Shown here piece after piece: positions 52,024 through 62,636 of a stretch of DNA of 64,000 nt. The stretch's first letter is position 1. Each line of letters opens with the position of its first letter. Made by a program: the position numbers and the translations under genes. The notes below the pieces were generated by a model. It was not told the DNA's origin, made no database searches, and saw only the letters and a program-made list of their open reading frames with translations. The stretch spans positions 20,862 to 84,861 of the forward strand of contig JACRMI010000139.1 in assembly GCA_016215025.1 (NCBI GenBank). Direction: 5' to 3'. The DNA is from Chloroflexota bacterium. GTDB lineage: Bacteria > Chloroflexota > Anaerolineae > UBA4142.

Positions 52024-53601
52024 TTATGCGACATCCACTTCCGGTTCTACAATGGGCGGCTTGCCTTCCAGAGGCAGAGTAAATTGAAATACTGCTCCTC
52101 CGCCCTGGCGATTCTGCGCCCAGATTTTTCCACCATGTGCCTGAACAATGCCGCGACAAATCGTCAATCCTAATCCGACTCCGCCACCATCGGTGCGAGC
52201 GCGATAAAATTTGTCGAAGACGCGGTCCTCCTCACCGGGCGGTACGCCGGGACCCTGGTCAGCGACCTGAACGAGGACATGACCATCGGCGATGCGCGCC
52301 GCAATTTCGATCGGACTCGCGGCGGGAGTATACTTGATCGCATTCTCCAGCAGATTGACCAGAACTTGATCGATCAAAATACTGTCGAGCGGAACGAGCG
52401 GCAAATCGGCGGGAATATCCGTGGTGACGGGATGATCGTGCAATCGATCCTCTAAACGCGTGAGGACAACGCCGACAATTTCTTCGAGGACGGACCATTC
52501 TTTGCGAACCTGAACCGCGCCCGCTTCGAGGCGGGTCATATTCAACAGATTGCCAATGAGACGATTCAATCGCTCGGCTTCTTCCGCAATGGTTTGCGCG
52601 AGGTCGCGCGTTTCGCCTTGTGTCTCTTCGATCAAATTTCCAGCCGTGCCGGTAATTGCCGCGAGCGGTGTTTTCAAATCATGCGAGATCGAACTGAGCA
52701 ACGCGTTACGCGTTCGTTCTGCTTCAATTTGCACTTTGGCTTTTTGCGATTCTTCGACGAGGTTCGCGCGCTCAATGGCTAGCGCGGTTTGATTGGCAAA
52801 CGTTTCCAGCAGGTGCATTTGTTCTGGCGAGCCAAGATTCGAGGTCTGCAAGGGTTCGATCCCTAAAACCCCTACCATTCCATGTGCGCCTGTCATTGGT
52901 AAATAAAGTGCTTTGCTGCCTGGCAATGTCTTGGTGCCCAAGCCAGTCATTTGATTATGCTTGAATGCCCAACTTGCTACCGCTCGTTCATTGTCAGCTA
53001 GCGGAAAAGATGAATCATGGGGTATTAATCGTCCAAATGAATTGGTTAATAGAATCGCTACGCGACTTGCCATTGCTTCGCCGATATGCGCCGTGGCAAT
53101 TTGCACGAGTCGCTCAGGGCTTGACGTGCTGGCAAACTCGCGGCTCATGGCATAGAGCGCCGCTGTTCGGCGTTCACGCTGACTTGCGGCATCGGCTTGA
53201 TATCGAATGCGAACGGTCAGCGAACTGATCGTAACCGCGACGATGAACATGACCATGAATACAAAGATGTATTGCACATCGGAAACCGCAAACGTGAGGT
53301 ACGGCGGCACGAAAAAGAAATCAAAGGCGAGCACGCTCAGAAAAGATGCTAGGATCGATGAACCGATATCATATCGCGTGGCAATGAATGTCACGGCGAG
53401 CAAGTAAACCATAACCAGGTTGATCGGCGAAGTAAAAGAGAAGAAGAATGCATCCAACAGCGTACAGGCTGCAATGATTCCAACCGCTCCCACATAACCG
53501 TGCCAATGGATCGTACGCTCCGTGGCAAAAATACGATGCAGGTGCGATTTCACTTTGGGAGATTCTGTTTCTTGGGTTGAGAGCGAATGAGTGGTAGTCA
53601 T
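52024..53601 (-). CDS. KdpD-type histidine kinase lacking the N-terminal KdpD/Usp sensor part (4-TM DUF4118-like + GAF + DHp/CA); canonical H-box
   Basis: TM block followed by ..[14 protein letters not shown].. as in KdpD. H-box [17 protein letters not shown]-box [10 protein letters not shown]-boxes DQGPGV and GVGLGLTIC. Confidence 0.85.
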   Translation of the reverse strand: MTTTHSLSTQETESPKVKSHLHRIFATERTIHWHGYVGAVGIIAACTLLDAFFFSFTSPINLVMVYLLAVTFIATRYDIGSSILASFLSVLAFDFFFVPPYLTFAVSDVQYIFVFMVMFIVAVTISSLTVRIRYQADAASQRERRTAALYAMSREFASTSSPERLVQIATAHIGEAMASRVAILLTNSFGRLIPHDSSFPLADNERAVASWAFKHNQMTGLGTKTLPGSKALYLPMTGAHGMVGVLGIEPLQTSNLGSPEQMHLLETFANQTALAIERANLVEESQKAKVQIEAERTRNALLSSISHDLKTPLAAITGTAGNLIEETQGETRDLAQTIAEEAERLNRLIGNLLNMTRLEAGAVQVRKEWSVLEEIVGVVLTRLEDRLHDHPVTTDIPADLPLVPLDSILIDQVLVNLLENAIKYTPAASPIEIAARIADGHVLVQVADQGPGVPPGEEDRVFDKFYRARTDGGGVGLGLTICRGIVQAHGGKIWAQNRQGGGAVFQFTLPLEGKPPIVEPEVDVA

Positions 53602-53679
53602 ACTGAAAAAGTAACCAATGAACAGTCAACGGGCTGTTCACTGGCTTTATTCTAGCACAATTGCGTGCAGACTGCCATG

Positions 53680-54369
53680 TTATGACAGAGGTAGTGTGAC
53701 TGTGATGAGCGTTCCGCCGCCATTGCGATTATTTGCATGAATGCTGCCGCCGTGCGCTTGGATAATGCCTTTGCAAATAGCTAAACCTAGCCCCGTTCCA
53801 AGGTCGCCGCTGGGGCGCGGTACGCGATAGAATTTGTCGAAGACGCGCGTGAGATCGTGGCGTGGGATACCAATGCCTCGGTCTGCAATGGAGATTTCGA
53901 GCTGTGAACCAAGGCTGCGGACTCGTACGTCGATGGGCGTATTTGGCGCAGAATACTTGAGCGCGTTGTCCAATAAGTGGACTAGGACTTGGACCATCAG
54001 GACAAAATCCAGCGGCACGAGTGCAAGCGTCGGTGGGATGGTGACGTTCACACGTCGGTCATTCACCTGGTCGCTTAGCCGCTCCAATGCCGAACCGATC
54101 ACGTCGGCAACATCGCAGGGCGTCAACTCAACCCGAAGCGTGTGAGCCTCCACGCGCGCCATGTCTAGCATGTTGCCGATAAATCGATTGAGACGCATGG
54201 CTTCTTCTGCGGCATTATCGATCAGAGCGCGCCGGGTCGGATCGGTCTGTTTTTCTTGTTGCAAATACGATAGCGCGCCTTGAATTGATACTAGGGGGGT
54301 GCGCAATTCGTTGGAGATGGAATCGAGGAACGCGTCTGCGACTTGAGCCGGCGTGGCAATCAATTGCAT
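53680..54369 (-). CDS. Stand-alone DHp/CA histidine-kinase-like protein with Asn in place of the phospho-accepting His
   Basis: 229 aa, no TM or sensor domain. H-box position reads FLDSISNELRTPLVSI (AAC codon at 54310-54312). N-box LLDNALKYS. G-boxes DRGIGI and GTGLGLAIC are intact. Confidence 0.8.
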   Translation of the reverse strand: MQLIATPAQVADAFLDSISNELRTPLVSIQGALSYLQQEKQTDPTRRALIDNAAEEAMRLNRFIGNMLDMARVEAHTLRVELTPCDVADVIGSALERLSDQVNDRRVNVTIPPTLALVPLDFVLMVQVLVHLLDNALKYSAPNTPIDVRVRSLGSQLEISIADRGIGIPRHDLTRVFDKFYRVPRPSGDLGTGLGLAICKGIIQAHGGSIHANNRNGGGTLITVTLPLS

Positions 54370-54391
54370 GGGTTGTTCCTTTCCGATTTTG

Positions 54392-54429
54392 TTGTAGAGA
54401 CGTTCGCGAAGCGTGCACCGTCTCTACAA
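54392..54429. repeat. Intercistronic 11-bp hairpin
   Basis: ttgtagagacg / cgtctctacaa with a loop containing ttcgcgaagcg, between the kdpC stop and the 229-aa kinase-like gene. Confidence 0.65.
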
Positions 54430-54439
54430 AGCCCACGAT

Positions 54440-55012
54440 CTATTTCGTGGCATCAAGCGCAAGATTCAATTCAAGCACATTGACGCGCGGTTCGCCCAAG
54501 ATACCGAACTGGCGATCCTGGGTGTATTGCGTGACTAGTATTCTGATTTTGGTGACATCCATTCCGCGTGCGTTCGCGACCCGGTTGACTTGATATGCGG
54601 CTGCGGCTGGACTGATGTTCGGATCAAGTCCACTGCCGGACGAGGTGACCAAATCGACGGGAATTCCTGCGGTGTTGGTGGGGTCCGCCGCGCGCAACGC
54701 ATCGATGCGCGCCTGTACCTCGTCGATCAAGGCCTGATTCGTGGGACCCAGGTTCGAGCCACTTGACGCTCTCGCGTTGTAAGGAAAAGGCGCGGTCGCG
54801 GAGAGTCGTCCCCAGAAATATTTCGGATCGTCGAAAGGTTGCCCAATCAAAGTCGAACCAACTGCCTTGCCATCTTTCATAATCAGACTGCCGTTCGCTT
54901 GCGCTGGGAATGCGACCTGGGCAACCGCCGTCACGGCGAGCGGATAGAATAAACCGGTGATGACCGTCAACAATAAGTATGACACAATCGCCGGTCGAAG
55001 TTGTGCTAACAT
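54440..55012 (-). CDS. kdpC: Potassium-transporting ATPase subunit KdpC
   Basis: Motifs ..[25 protein letters not shown].., ..SGSNLGPTN.., ..[15 protein letters not shown]. are characteristic of KdpC. Confidence 0.9.
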   Translation of the reverse strand: MLAQLRPAIVSYLLLTVITGLFYPLAVTAVAQVAFPAQANGSLIMKDGKAVGSTLIGQPFDDPKYFWGRLSATAPFPYNARASSGSNLGPTNQALIDEVQARIDALRAADPTNTAGIPVDLVTSSGSGLDPNISPAAAAYQVNRVANARGMDVTKIRILVTQYTQDRQFGILGEPRVNVLELNLALDATK

Positions 55013-55386
55013 TAGTTGTACCTTCCTTTATTTGGAACGATGTCCGCTCTGCGCGAGCCGGCAGCAGGATGTGAGTGTGGGATCGCTGGCATATGCGTCG
55101 GTTCCGAAATTGATTCTTCAGGCAATTCGAGTTTCAAAGTTTCAGCATCGCTTGGCTCTTCTATAAAAACCCATCGTTCTCTAGAGTGGTCTGCTTCTTC
55201 CAACGCCACAGCGTTTATGCGGACCCATCCCACCATCAAGCCAAAAGTCGCAATCACGATGCCGGAATCGACAATCTCGTGGACCTCAAGCGCGTACTTG
55301 AATTGGCTCTCGATTAAGAGCGCAACAATCATCAACGGCACGAATGAGAAGGGAATCCACCAATTCGGTTTTGTTTTGTGTTCCAC
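55012..55386 (-). CDS. 124-aa two-TM hypothetical protein inserted between kdpB and kdpC
   Basis: [26 protein letters not shown]...[15 protein letters not shown].., followed by an acidic/His-rich tail. Its stop overlaps the kdpC start. It begins 9 nt after the kdpB stop. Confidence 0.5.
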   Translation of the reverse strand: MEHKTKPNWWIPFSFVPLMIVALLIESQFKYALEVHEIVDSGIVIATFGLMVGWVRINAVALEEADHSRERWVFIEEPSDAETLKLELPEESISEPTHMPAIPHSHPAAGSRRADIVPNKGRYN

Positions 55387-55395
55387 ATGAACCTC

Positions 55396-57468
55396 CTAGA
55401 CCAAATTCAGCGCCGCTAGTATCAAGTCGATAGCTTTGATGCCGATAAACGGAACGATCAATCCGCCCAAGCCGTACACGAGCAAGTTTCGTTGCAACAA
55501 CGCCGACGCGCCAATCGGACGATATTTAACTCCACGCAGCGCAAGCGGAATCAGCGCAATGATGATGAGCGCGTTGAAGATCACCGCCGACAAAATCGCG
55601 CTGGCTGGCGTGGTCAATTGCATAATGTTTAGCCTACCCAACTGGGGATACGTGGTGGCAAACGCCGCAGGAATGATCGCAAAGTATTTCGAAACATCGT
55701 TGGCGATGCTGAACGTCGTCAGCGCGCCGCGCGTCATCAACAGTTGCTTGCCAATCTCGACAATCTCCAACAACTTGGTTGGATTGGAATCGAGGTCAAC
55801 CAAATTCCCAGCTTCTTTCGCCGCTTGCGTTCCGGTGTTCATCGCGACAGCCACGTCGGCTTGGGCGAGCGCGGGCGCATCATTCGTGCCATCGCCCGTC
55901 ATCGCGACCAAGCGTCCGCCAGCTTGATAATCGCGAATGAGTTTTAGTTTTGTCTCTGGTGTGGCCTGTGCCAGAAAATCATCGACCCCAGCTTCGGCGG
56001 CGATAGCGGTTGCCGTCAGTGGATTATCGCCCGTAATCATCACCGTCTTGATGCCCATGCGGCGCAGTTCAGCAAAGCGTTCCTTGATGCCACCCTTGAC
56101 AATATCTTTCAGTTGAATCGTGCCTAGCACACGTTCGCAATCTGCCACGACGAGCGGCGTCCCTCCCTGCTTGGCAATCGTCTCGACGCTTTGGCGCACT
56201 GAGGGTGGAAGATGTCCGTGCTGTTGTTGCACGTACTGTTCAATCGCATCCGCTGCGCCTTTGCGAATCTGACGACCGTCGAAATTGACGCCGCTCATGC
56301 GCGTCTGGGCGCTGAATGGGATGAAGGTCGCGCCGAGTTCATGGATCTTGCGTTCGCGCAGTCCGTATTTTTCTTTTGCCAAAACGACGATGCTGCGACC
56401 TTCCGGTGTTTCATCGGCGAGCGAGGCAAGTTGCGCCGCATCAGCAAGTTCGTTCGGATCAACTCCTTCGGCGGACATGAATGCCGTTGCTTGTCGATTG
56501 CCTAGCGTAATCGTGCCGGTCTTGTCGAGCAGCAGGACATCCACATCGCCCGCCGCTTCCACCGCGCGACCGGACATTGCGATAACGTTCGCTTGAATCA
56601 TGCGGTCCATGCCGGCGATGCCGATGGCGGAAAGCAAGCCGCCAATCGTCGTTGGAATCAAACAAACGAGTAAAGCCACCAAGGCGGTTACAGTGATCGG
56701 CGTGCCTTGACCGGCAGAATTCACGCTGTAAATCGAAAAGGGCAACAGCGCTGCGCAGACGAGTAAGAAGATGATCGTCAACGCCGCCAGCAAAATATCC
56801 AATGCAATCTCGTTCGGCGTCTTTTGTCGCTTGGCTCCTTCCACCATCGAGATCATTCGATCAAGGAATGTTTCGCCGGGATTGGCTGTAATGCGAACGA
56901 CAAGCCAATCTGACAGAACGCGCGTCCCACCGGTCACGGCACTCCGGTCGCCGCCGCTCTCACGAATGACGGGCGCGCTTTCGCCGGTGACCGCGCTTTC
57001 ATCGACAGAGGCCACACCTTCAATGGCTTCACCATCGCCCGGAATGAAATCGCCTGCTTCGACCAGCACGACATCGCCTTTGCGTAATTCACTCGCCGAT
57101 ACAATATTGCGCGGTGCGTCGTGTTTGGCGCGCACGAGCTTTTTTGCCGATATATCCCGGCGCGCTTTGCGGAGCGCTTCGGCTTGCGCTTTGCCGCGCC
57201 CCTCTGCCATCGCTTCGGCGAAATTGGCAAAGAGAACGGTGAACCACAGCCATGCCGAAATCGCCAAGATGAAAGCGGCAGGCGCTTCGCCTTGGCCAAT
57301 CAACGCTTGAACGAAGAGAAACGAGGTAAAGACGCTTCCCACTTCAACGACGAACATTACGGGGTTGCGAATCTGGTGGCGCGGATCAAGTTTCCAAACG
57401 GAATCTAGAGCGGCGCGCCGTACAATCGCCGGATCATAAAGTGGTCGTGATTTAGTTTGAGTCATCAT
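55396..57468 (-). CDS. kdpB: Potassium-transporting P-type ATPase subunit KdpB
   Basis: DKTGTIT phosphorylation motif, [25 protein letters not shown], 690 aa. Confidence 0.95.
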   Translation of the reverse strand: MMTQTKSRPLYDPAIVRRAALDSVWKLDPRHQIRNPVMFVVEVGSVFTSFLFVQALIGQGEAPAAFILAISAWLWFTVLFANFAEAMAEGRGKAQAEALRKARRDISAKKLVRAKHDAPRNIVSASELRKGDVVLVEAGDFIPGDGEAIEGVASVDESAVTGESAPVIRESGGDRSAVTGGTRVLSDWLVVRITANPGETFLDRMISMVEGAKRQKTPNEIALDILLAALTIIFLLVCAALLPFSIYSVNSAGQGTPITVTALVALLVCLIPTTIGGLLSAIGIAGMDRMIQANVIAMSGRAVEAAGDVDVLLLDKTGTITLGNRQATAFMSAEGVDPNELADAAQLASLADETPEGRSIVVLAKEKYGLRERKIHELGATFIPFSAQTRMSGVNFDGRQIRKGAADAIEQYVQQQHGHLPPSVRQSVETIAKQGGTPLVVADCERVLGTIQLKDIVKGGIKERFAELRRMGIKTVMITGDNPLTATAIAAEAGVDDFLAQATPETKLKLIRDYQAGGRLVAMTGDGTNDAPALAQADVAVAMNTGTQAAKEAGNLVDLDSNPTKLLEIVEIGKQLLMTRGALTTFSIANDVSKYFAIIPAAFATTYPQLGRLNIMQLTTPASAILSAVIFNALIIIALIPLALRGVKYRPIGASALLQRNLLVYGLGGLIVPFIGIKAIDLILAALNLV

Positions 57469-57480
57469 GTTGATATTCCT

Positions 57481-59286
57481 TTAAGGCGCAATCAGGTGCA
57501 GATGCTCGACGATGGGTCCCAGCGAATCTGCCGGGAAGAAGACGAGCGCGCCGACAATTAGCACAACAGCTAGCAGCCAACCGACAAAGAGCGGTGTGTG
57601 CGTTGGAAGGGTGCCGGCACTCACTGGGATTTTTTTCTTGCGCGCAAGTGCGCCGGCAATCGCCAGGACGGGTATCTTGATCCAAAAGCGTCCGAAGAGC
57701 ATGGCGATCCCACCAGCAGTGTTATAGAACGGCGTGTTCGCACTCAAACCGGCGAATGCGCTCCCGTTGTTGTTTCCCTGCGATGTAAAGGCATACAAGA
57801 TTTCACTAAAGCCATGCGCGCCGGGATTCCAGATGCTTGCGAGACCGTCTTGGTTTACCACTGCAATGGCGGTTAGTAACAGGACGACGAGCGGCATAAT
57901 CAAGATGCCGATGGATGCCATCTTCATTTCGTATGCTTCGATCTTTTTCCCCAGGTATTCAGGGGTACGCCCCACCATCAGCCCGGCTACGAAAACGGCG
58001 ATGATTAAAAAGATCAACATACCGTACAAGCCAGAACCGACGCCGCCAAAGATCACCTCGCCCAGTTGCATCATGACCAGCGATACCAAGCCGCCAAGTG
58101 GCGTATACGAATCATGCATCGAGTTGACCGAGCCGTTGGAAGCGGCAGTCGTCACGGTTGCCCAGAGCGCGGAATTCGCAACTCCAAACCGGACTTCCTT
58201 TCCTTCCATGTTTCCGCCCGGACTGGTGTCGCTCGCGATTTGATTTACGCCCAGCACTGCGATGCGTGGATTTCCGGCCGCTTCCGAAGAATAAGCGACA
58301 AAAATACCGATGATGACGATAAAGAACATCGCCGCGAGAAGCGCCCAGCCCTGGCGTGTATCGCCGACCATCTTGCCGAAGGTGTAGCAGAGTGCACCCG
58401 CGATCAACAAGATGGACAGGGATTCGAGAAAGTTGGTCAAGGGGGTCGGATTTTCAAATGGGTGCGCCGAGTTCGTGTTGAAAAATCCGCCGCCGTTTGT
58501 GCCGAGTTGCTTGATGGCAATTTGCGATGCCGTTGGTCCAACGGCAATCACCTGTTCGGTCAGCGTAATGCTCTCGGTAACAATTTTTCCGTTCGCATCT
58601 TTGATCGGACTGCCGTTCGCATCCAGTTTTGGTTGGTCGTACTGAATTGGCTGGACAATTGACACCGTTTGGTATGGGCTTAGGGTTTGCACCATACCCT
58701 GCGAAACGAGAATCAGTGCGAGAACGAAGGACATTGGCAGCAAGATGTATAGCGTCGTGCGGGTGAGGTCTACCCAAAAATTGCCAATGGTCTGCGCGTT
58801 GCGACGCACCAAGCCGCGAATGAGCGCGACCAAGACGGCCATTCCAGCCGCCGCCGATACAAAATTGTGAAAGGTCAACCCCACCATCTGTGTCAGGTAA
58901 CTCATCGTCACTTCGCCGCTATAGCCCTGCCAGTTGGTGTTGGTCGTGAAGCTGATCGCGGTGTTGAATGACGAGTCTGAGCTAACCGCCCCCAAACCTT
59001 GCGGGTTGAGCGGTAGCATTCCTTGCAAGCGCTGCAAAGCATAGAGGGTCACTGCGCCAATCACACTGAACAATAAAACTGCGACCGTATAAATCTTCCA
59101 ATCCATCTCCTCTTCGGGTCGAATCCCAAATAAGCGATAGGAAAGCCGCTCCACCGGACCGAGCACACGATCCAGCGGAGTCGATTGACCTTCGTACACC
59201 CGCGCCATGTACGAGCCAAGGGGCTTGACTAGCAGCGCGAGGACGACGAGATATAAACCAATTTGAATGAATCCACTTGGTGTCAT
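57481..59286 (-). CDS. kdpA: Potassium-transporting ATPase subunit KdpA
   Basis: 601 aa polytopic protein with typical KdpA segments (TNTNWQ.Y.GE, LGTNGGGF.N.NSAHPFENP). Confidence 0.95.
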   Translation of the reverse strand: MTPSGFIQIGLYLVVLALLVKPLGSYMARVYEGQSTPLDRVLGPVERLSYRLFGIRPEEEMDWKIYTVAVLLFSVIGAVTLYALQRLQGMLPLNPQGLGAVSSDSSFNTAISFTTNTNWQGYSGEVTMSYLTQMVGLTFHNFVSAAAGMAVLVALIRGLVRRNAQTIGNFWVDLTRTTLYILLPMSFVLALILVSQGMVQTLSPYQTVSIVQPIQYDQPKLDANGSPIKDANGKIVTESITLTEQVIAVGPTASQIAIKQLGTNGGGFFNTNSAHPFENPTPLTNFLESLSILLIAGALCYTFGKMVGDTRQGWALLAAMFFIVIIGIFVAYSSEAAGNPRIAVLGVNQIASDTSPGGNMEGKEVRFGVANSALWATVTTAASNGSVNSMHDSYTPLGGLVSLVMMQLGEVIFGGVGSGLYGMLIFLIIAVFVAGLMVGRTPEYLGKKIEAYEMKMASIGILIMPLVVLLLTAIAVVNQDGLASIWNPGAHGFSEILYAFTSQGNNNGSAFAGLSANTPFYNTAGGIAMLFGRFWIKIPVLAIAGALARKKKIPVSAGTLPTHTPLFVGWLLAVVLIVGALVFFPADSLGPIVEHLHLIAP

Positions 59287-59375
59287 GAGAACAACTCCGG
59301 TTTCAACAATGCAATGACCAAGTAGATAAAGAGTGCCAGCGTCACAATGCCGCCGACGATGTGAATGAGGTTCAT
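59283..59375 (-). CDS. kdpF: KdpF (30-aa hydrophobic subunit), below the ORF-track cutoff
   Basis: Hand translation gives MNLIHIVGGIVTLALFIYLVIALLKPELFS. The stop overlaps the kdpA start (ATGA). The ..LLKPE.F ending is typical of KdpF. Confidence 0.75.
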   Translation of the reverse strand: MNLIHIVGGIVTLALFIYLVIALLKPELFS

Positions 59376-59404
59376 GGTTCTCTCCCGCAAATTTTCAATC
59401 ATGT

Positions 59405-59518
59405 TCAACTATTGTGACCAAAACTCTGTCCATTTGCGCTCAACCACTCACACAATTTTAGGAGCGCCCAAGACAGAGCAAAAAAGACGAGCGTCAAAAT
59501 AATAAAGACAATATCCAT
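59405..59518 (-). CDS. 37-aa hydrophobic miniprotein upstream of kdpF
   Basis: AAGGAG SD lies 6 nt before the ATG. Hand translation gives MDIVFIILTLVFFALSWALLKLCEWLSANGQSFGHNS. Confidence 0.35.
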   Translation of the reverse strand: MDIVFIILTLVFFALSWALLKLCEWLSANGQSFGHNS

Positions 59519-59689
59519 TTGTGACTCCTTGTCTCAAAACCGTCTCGTTATAACACAAGACCTAGTAAGAGCGCGGTCAAGATTGCATCGAGCCATATAA
59601 AGATTGTGCAAAGACTGCAAGCGCCGACTGGCTCTCTGTTAAGAAAGTATCAAGAAGAAAGCATGGCGCTATAAAGAAAAAATCAAGAA

Positions 59690-59716
59690 ATAAAAACAAC
59701 CGACCAAGTCGGTTGT
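59690..59716 (-). terminator. rho-independent terminator of kdpD
   Basis: On the minus strand, acaaccgac / gtcggttgt forms a 9-bp stem with a 3-nt loop. It starts at the stop codon and is followed by tttttat. Confidence 0.7.
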
Positions 59717-62445
59717 CAAACATTAATCTTGTCTTTTTTCTCTGCAACAGGTGGGGCACGTCTTGTTAGCGGCAAACGAATGATGAAACTGATTCCACCG
59801 CGCGTGCGATTTTCGGCGGTAATGGTTCCACCCTGCGCTTCCACCATTCCGCGTGTGATCGAAAGCCCCAAGCCCAAACCATCGCGACGCGCATCGGGAG
59901 CATGATAGTACTTGTCGAAAATTTTCGGTAACAGCTCCGGTGCAACGCCCGGCCCACGATCAGACACTGCGAGCACCAAATCGGTTCCCTCTACTTTGGC
60001 ACTCACGCGCACGCGCGTATTGGGCGGCGTGTGCGTCGCCGCGTTGTGAATCAAATTGAGTAATGCACGTTCCATCAAGGCAGAATCGATTTGCGCCTGC
60101 GGTAGATTCGGCGCAATCTCTTCGATCACCTCGTGCGGCGCGAGGTACGGCCCAAGCCGCTGAATGGCATGACGAACGAGATTGCCGACATTGCACCATT
60201 CCAATTGCGGCTTGAGCATTCCGGATTCAAGTCGCGTCAAATCCACGAGATTTTCCATCAAACGATTCAATCGCTCCGCCGCCGTGCGCGTTTGTTCAAC
60301 CAGGGCATTCCGCGTCTCTATCTGATTTGTCAATTGCGAATCATCCAAGCTCGCGGCGGCATGTGTGATGGTGCTAATCGGCGCGCGAATTTCCTGCGTG
60401 ACCGATTCCAACAAATTGCGATACAATTCCTCCGATTGGGAAACAACCACTGTTCGTTCGCGCGCTTGTTCCAACATCTCGCGTTCGATGGCAAGCGCAA
60501 CTTGACTGGCAAAAGTTTCCAGCAGCGATTCTTGATCGACCGACAATTGCTCGCGTGCGCGTACGCCCATAACGCCAACGACCGAATCAGGCGTGATGAG
60601 CGGAAGCCAACGCGCGTTTGCCATCGGCAACGTGTCCGTAAATCGTCCTGCCGGTTTGCGATTTAGGAATGCCCACATCGCAACGCTGCGTTCTTTCTCA
60701 TCGACCTTTAGGGTGCTGTCCGGATGCGCATCATACGCCAATTGGTTTCCTTCATCGCGCAGCAAAAAGGCGACCTCCGCATCAAATACTTTGCCAATCT
60801 CTTTGACGGCGCTCTTGAGTATACTATCCATTGACGCTGCGCTGGCGATGGCGTGCGCTAACGCATAAAGCGCCGCCGTACGTTTCTCCCGATAGCGCGC
60901 CGCTTGTTCCTGCGCGCGCAGACGTGAGCGCAAAAAGCCGGTTGCCAAAGCAATAATGAAATACAAGCCAAGCGTCAAGGTGTTTTCGATACCCGCAAGA
61001 TCGAGGGTAAAGATGCGTGGGACAAAGAGCAAGACCCAAAGCACTGCACTCAGCACGGCTGCTAAAAGCACAGGACCGCGTCCGACGACAAAGGCAAGCA
61101 ACGAAATTGTCAAGAGCAGAATCAGCCCGACCGTTTGCGGGCTAATCCATAGTCTTGCCCAGAGGTTGATGCCTGTGATGGCGGCAACAACAAGCGCCGC
61201 GCCGATATACTCGCGACGATCAGAGCGGATAAAGGGATGCACACGCGCGGTGTGAGCCAGCCGCATGTAAACATCGCCGGGTCTTGCTCCGCGCTTGACC
61301 TGGGACATGTCACCGGTAACGACGTAAATATCTAGATCACCACTAGTACGAATCAATCGATCTACTAATGCACCGCCGCGCAACAAATCCACAAACACGT
61401 TGCACTCTGGTTTACCGACGATGATTTGCGTTACATTGCGTTCACGCGCGACCCGCAGCAATCCATCGACAATATTTTCATCGGTCGTCGTAACAACCTC
61501 GCCGCCAAGTTCGCGCGCGAGCGATAGATTGTGATTAAGCTGTGCTTTGATATTTTCGGGAAGCACTTGCGATGTTTCGACATTGACGGCCAGCCAGGGT
61601 GCGCCGAGGTTGTACGCCATGCGGCGCGTCCAGCGCACGAGACGCTCCGCGAGTGGGCTGGGACTCACCGCCACCATCATGCGTTCGCCCGATTTCCAGG
61701 GCCCCGCGATGCGCTTGAGCGACATGTAATCTTGGAGTTGATGATCGACGCGTTCAGCCGTAAGCCGCAGCGCCATCTCACGCAGGGCAGTTAGATTGCC
61801 CACCCGGAAAAAATTTTTCGCTGCGACTTCGGCGCTTTCGGCGACATACACCTTGCCCTCGCCAAGTCGTTGCCGCAGTTCTTCGGGTGTCAAATCGATC
61901 AACTCAACTTCATCGGCGAGATCGACAATCGAATCGGGGACGGTTTCGCGTACGGTGATGCCGGTGATTTGGCGAACTGTATCGGCACGACTTTCGAGGT
62001 GCTGAACATTTAGCGTCGTGTAAACATTGATCCCAGCGTCGAGTAATTCGACGATATCTTGATAGCGTTTTGGATGGCGCACGCCGGGCGCATTCGTGTG
62101 CGCCAATTCATCGACCAAGACTAGTTGAGGATGCCGCTGGAGAATCGCATCCAGATTCATTTCTTGAAGCGTGTGCCCGCGATATTCGATTTGGAGGCGA
62201 GGGACAACATCCAAGTCACGCAAGAGTGCTTCGGTTTCGACGCGACCATGCGTTTCGACAACGCCAACGACGACTTGAATGCCATCTTTGAGTTGCTGCT
62301 GGGCGGCTTCCAACATTGCATAGGTCTTGCCGACGCCAGCCGCCATGCCCAAAAATATTTTTAGTTTGCCGCGTCCTTCGCGAGCTTGGGCATGCTGCAG
62401 ACTCGCTAAAAGTACGTCCGGATCAGGTCGCTCTGGGTAATTCAT
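59716..62445 (-). CDS. kdpD: Full-length KdpD-type sensor (KdpD N-terminal + Usp-like + 4 TM + GAF + DHp/CA) with Gln in place of the phospho-accepting His
   Basis: N-terminal GKLKIFLGMAAGVGKT P-loop of the KdpD domain. H-box position reads LLESVTQEIRAPISTI (CAG codon at 60394-60396). N-box LLNLIHNAATHTP. G-boxes DRGPGV and GLGLGLSI are intact. Confidence 0.9.
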   Translation of the reverse strand: MNYPERPDPDVLLASLQHAQAREGRGKLKIFLGMAAGVGKTYAMLEAAQQQLKDGIQVVVGVVETHGRVETEALLRDLDVVPRLQIEYRGHTLQEMNLDAILQRHPQLVLVDELAHTNAPGVRHPKRYQDIVELLDAGINVYTTLNVQHLESRADTVRQITGITVRETVPDSIVDLADEVELIDLTPEELRQRLGEGKVYVAESAEVAAKNFFRVGNLTALREMALRLTAERVDHQLQDYMSLKRIAGPWKSGERMMVAVSPSPLAERLVRWTRRMAYNLGAPWLAVNVETSQVLPENIKAQLNHNLSLARELGGEVVTTTDENIVDGLLRVARERNVTQIIVGKPECNVFVDLLRGGALVDRLIRTSGDLDIYVVTGDMSQVKRGARPGDVYMRLAHTARVHPFIRSDRREYIGAALVVAAITGINLWARLWISPQTVGLILLLTISLLAFVVGRGPVLLAAVLSAVLWVLLFVPRIFTLDLAGIENTLTLGLYFIIALATGFLRSRLRAQEQAARYREKRTAALYALAHAIASAASMDSILKSAVKEIGKVFDAEVAFLLRDEGNQLAYDAHPDSTLKVDEKERSVAMWAFLNRKPAGRFTDTLPMANARWLPLITPDSVVGVMGVRAREQLSVDQESLLETFASQVALAIEREMLEQARERTVVVSQSEELYRNLLESVTQEIRAPISTITHAAASLDDSQLTNQIETRNALVEQTRTAAERLNRLMENLVDLTRLESGMLKPQLEWCNVGNLVRHAIQRLGPYLAPHEVIEEIAPNLPQAQIDSALMERALLNLIHNAATHTPPNTRVRVSAKVEGTDLVLAVSDRGPGVAPELLPKIFDKYYHAPDARRDGLGLGLSITRGMVEAQGGTITAENRTRGGISFIIRLPLTRRAPPVAEKKDKINV

Positions 62446-62599
62446 ACTGAAATCGATTTTACCACTATAGTTTCCTTTGCGATGAAATCCTAACGCGATC
62501 TTTATGCGATGACGGCAAATCTTGACGGTGGGTTAACATCCACAATGGCATCATTTGCGCTTTATCTCGCGGAAATCACGAAATTGTTCCTGAGATGAA

Positions 62600-62632
62600 A
62601 AGACCTTCGCAAGCATTCCTTGCGAAGGTCTT
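62600..62632 (-). terminator. Strong hairpin after tag (14-bp stem)
   Basis: aagaccttcgcaag / cttgcgaaggtctt perfect stem with a 5-nt loop. Only a short U-tract on the minus strand. Confidence 0.55.
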
Positions 62633-62636
62633 GATA

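Noticed and set aside
59519-59690. Possible c-di-AMP (ydaO/kimA-type) riboswitch in the kdp leader, as seen in some Firmicutes
   Set aside because: The leader is AT-rich. I see none of the paired ACGGGGA / CCCA-type conserved segments or the pseudo-twofold architecture. No support from sequence.
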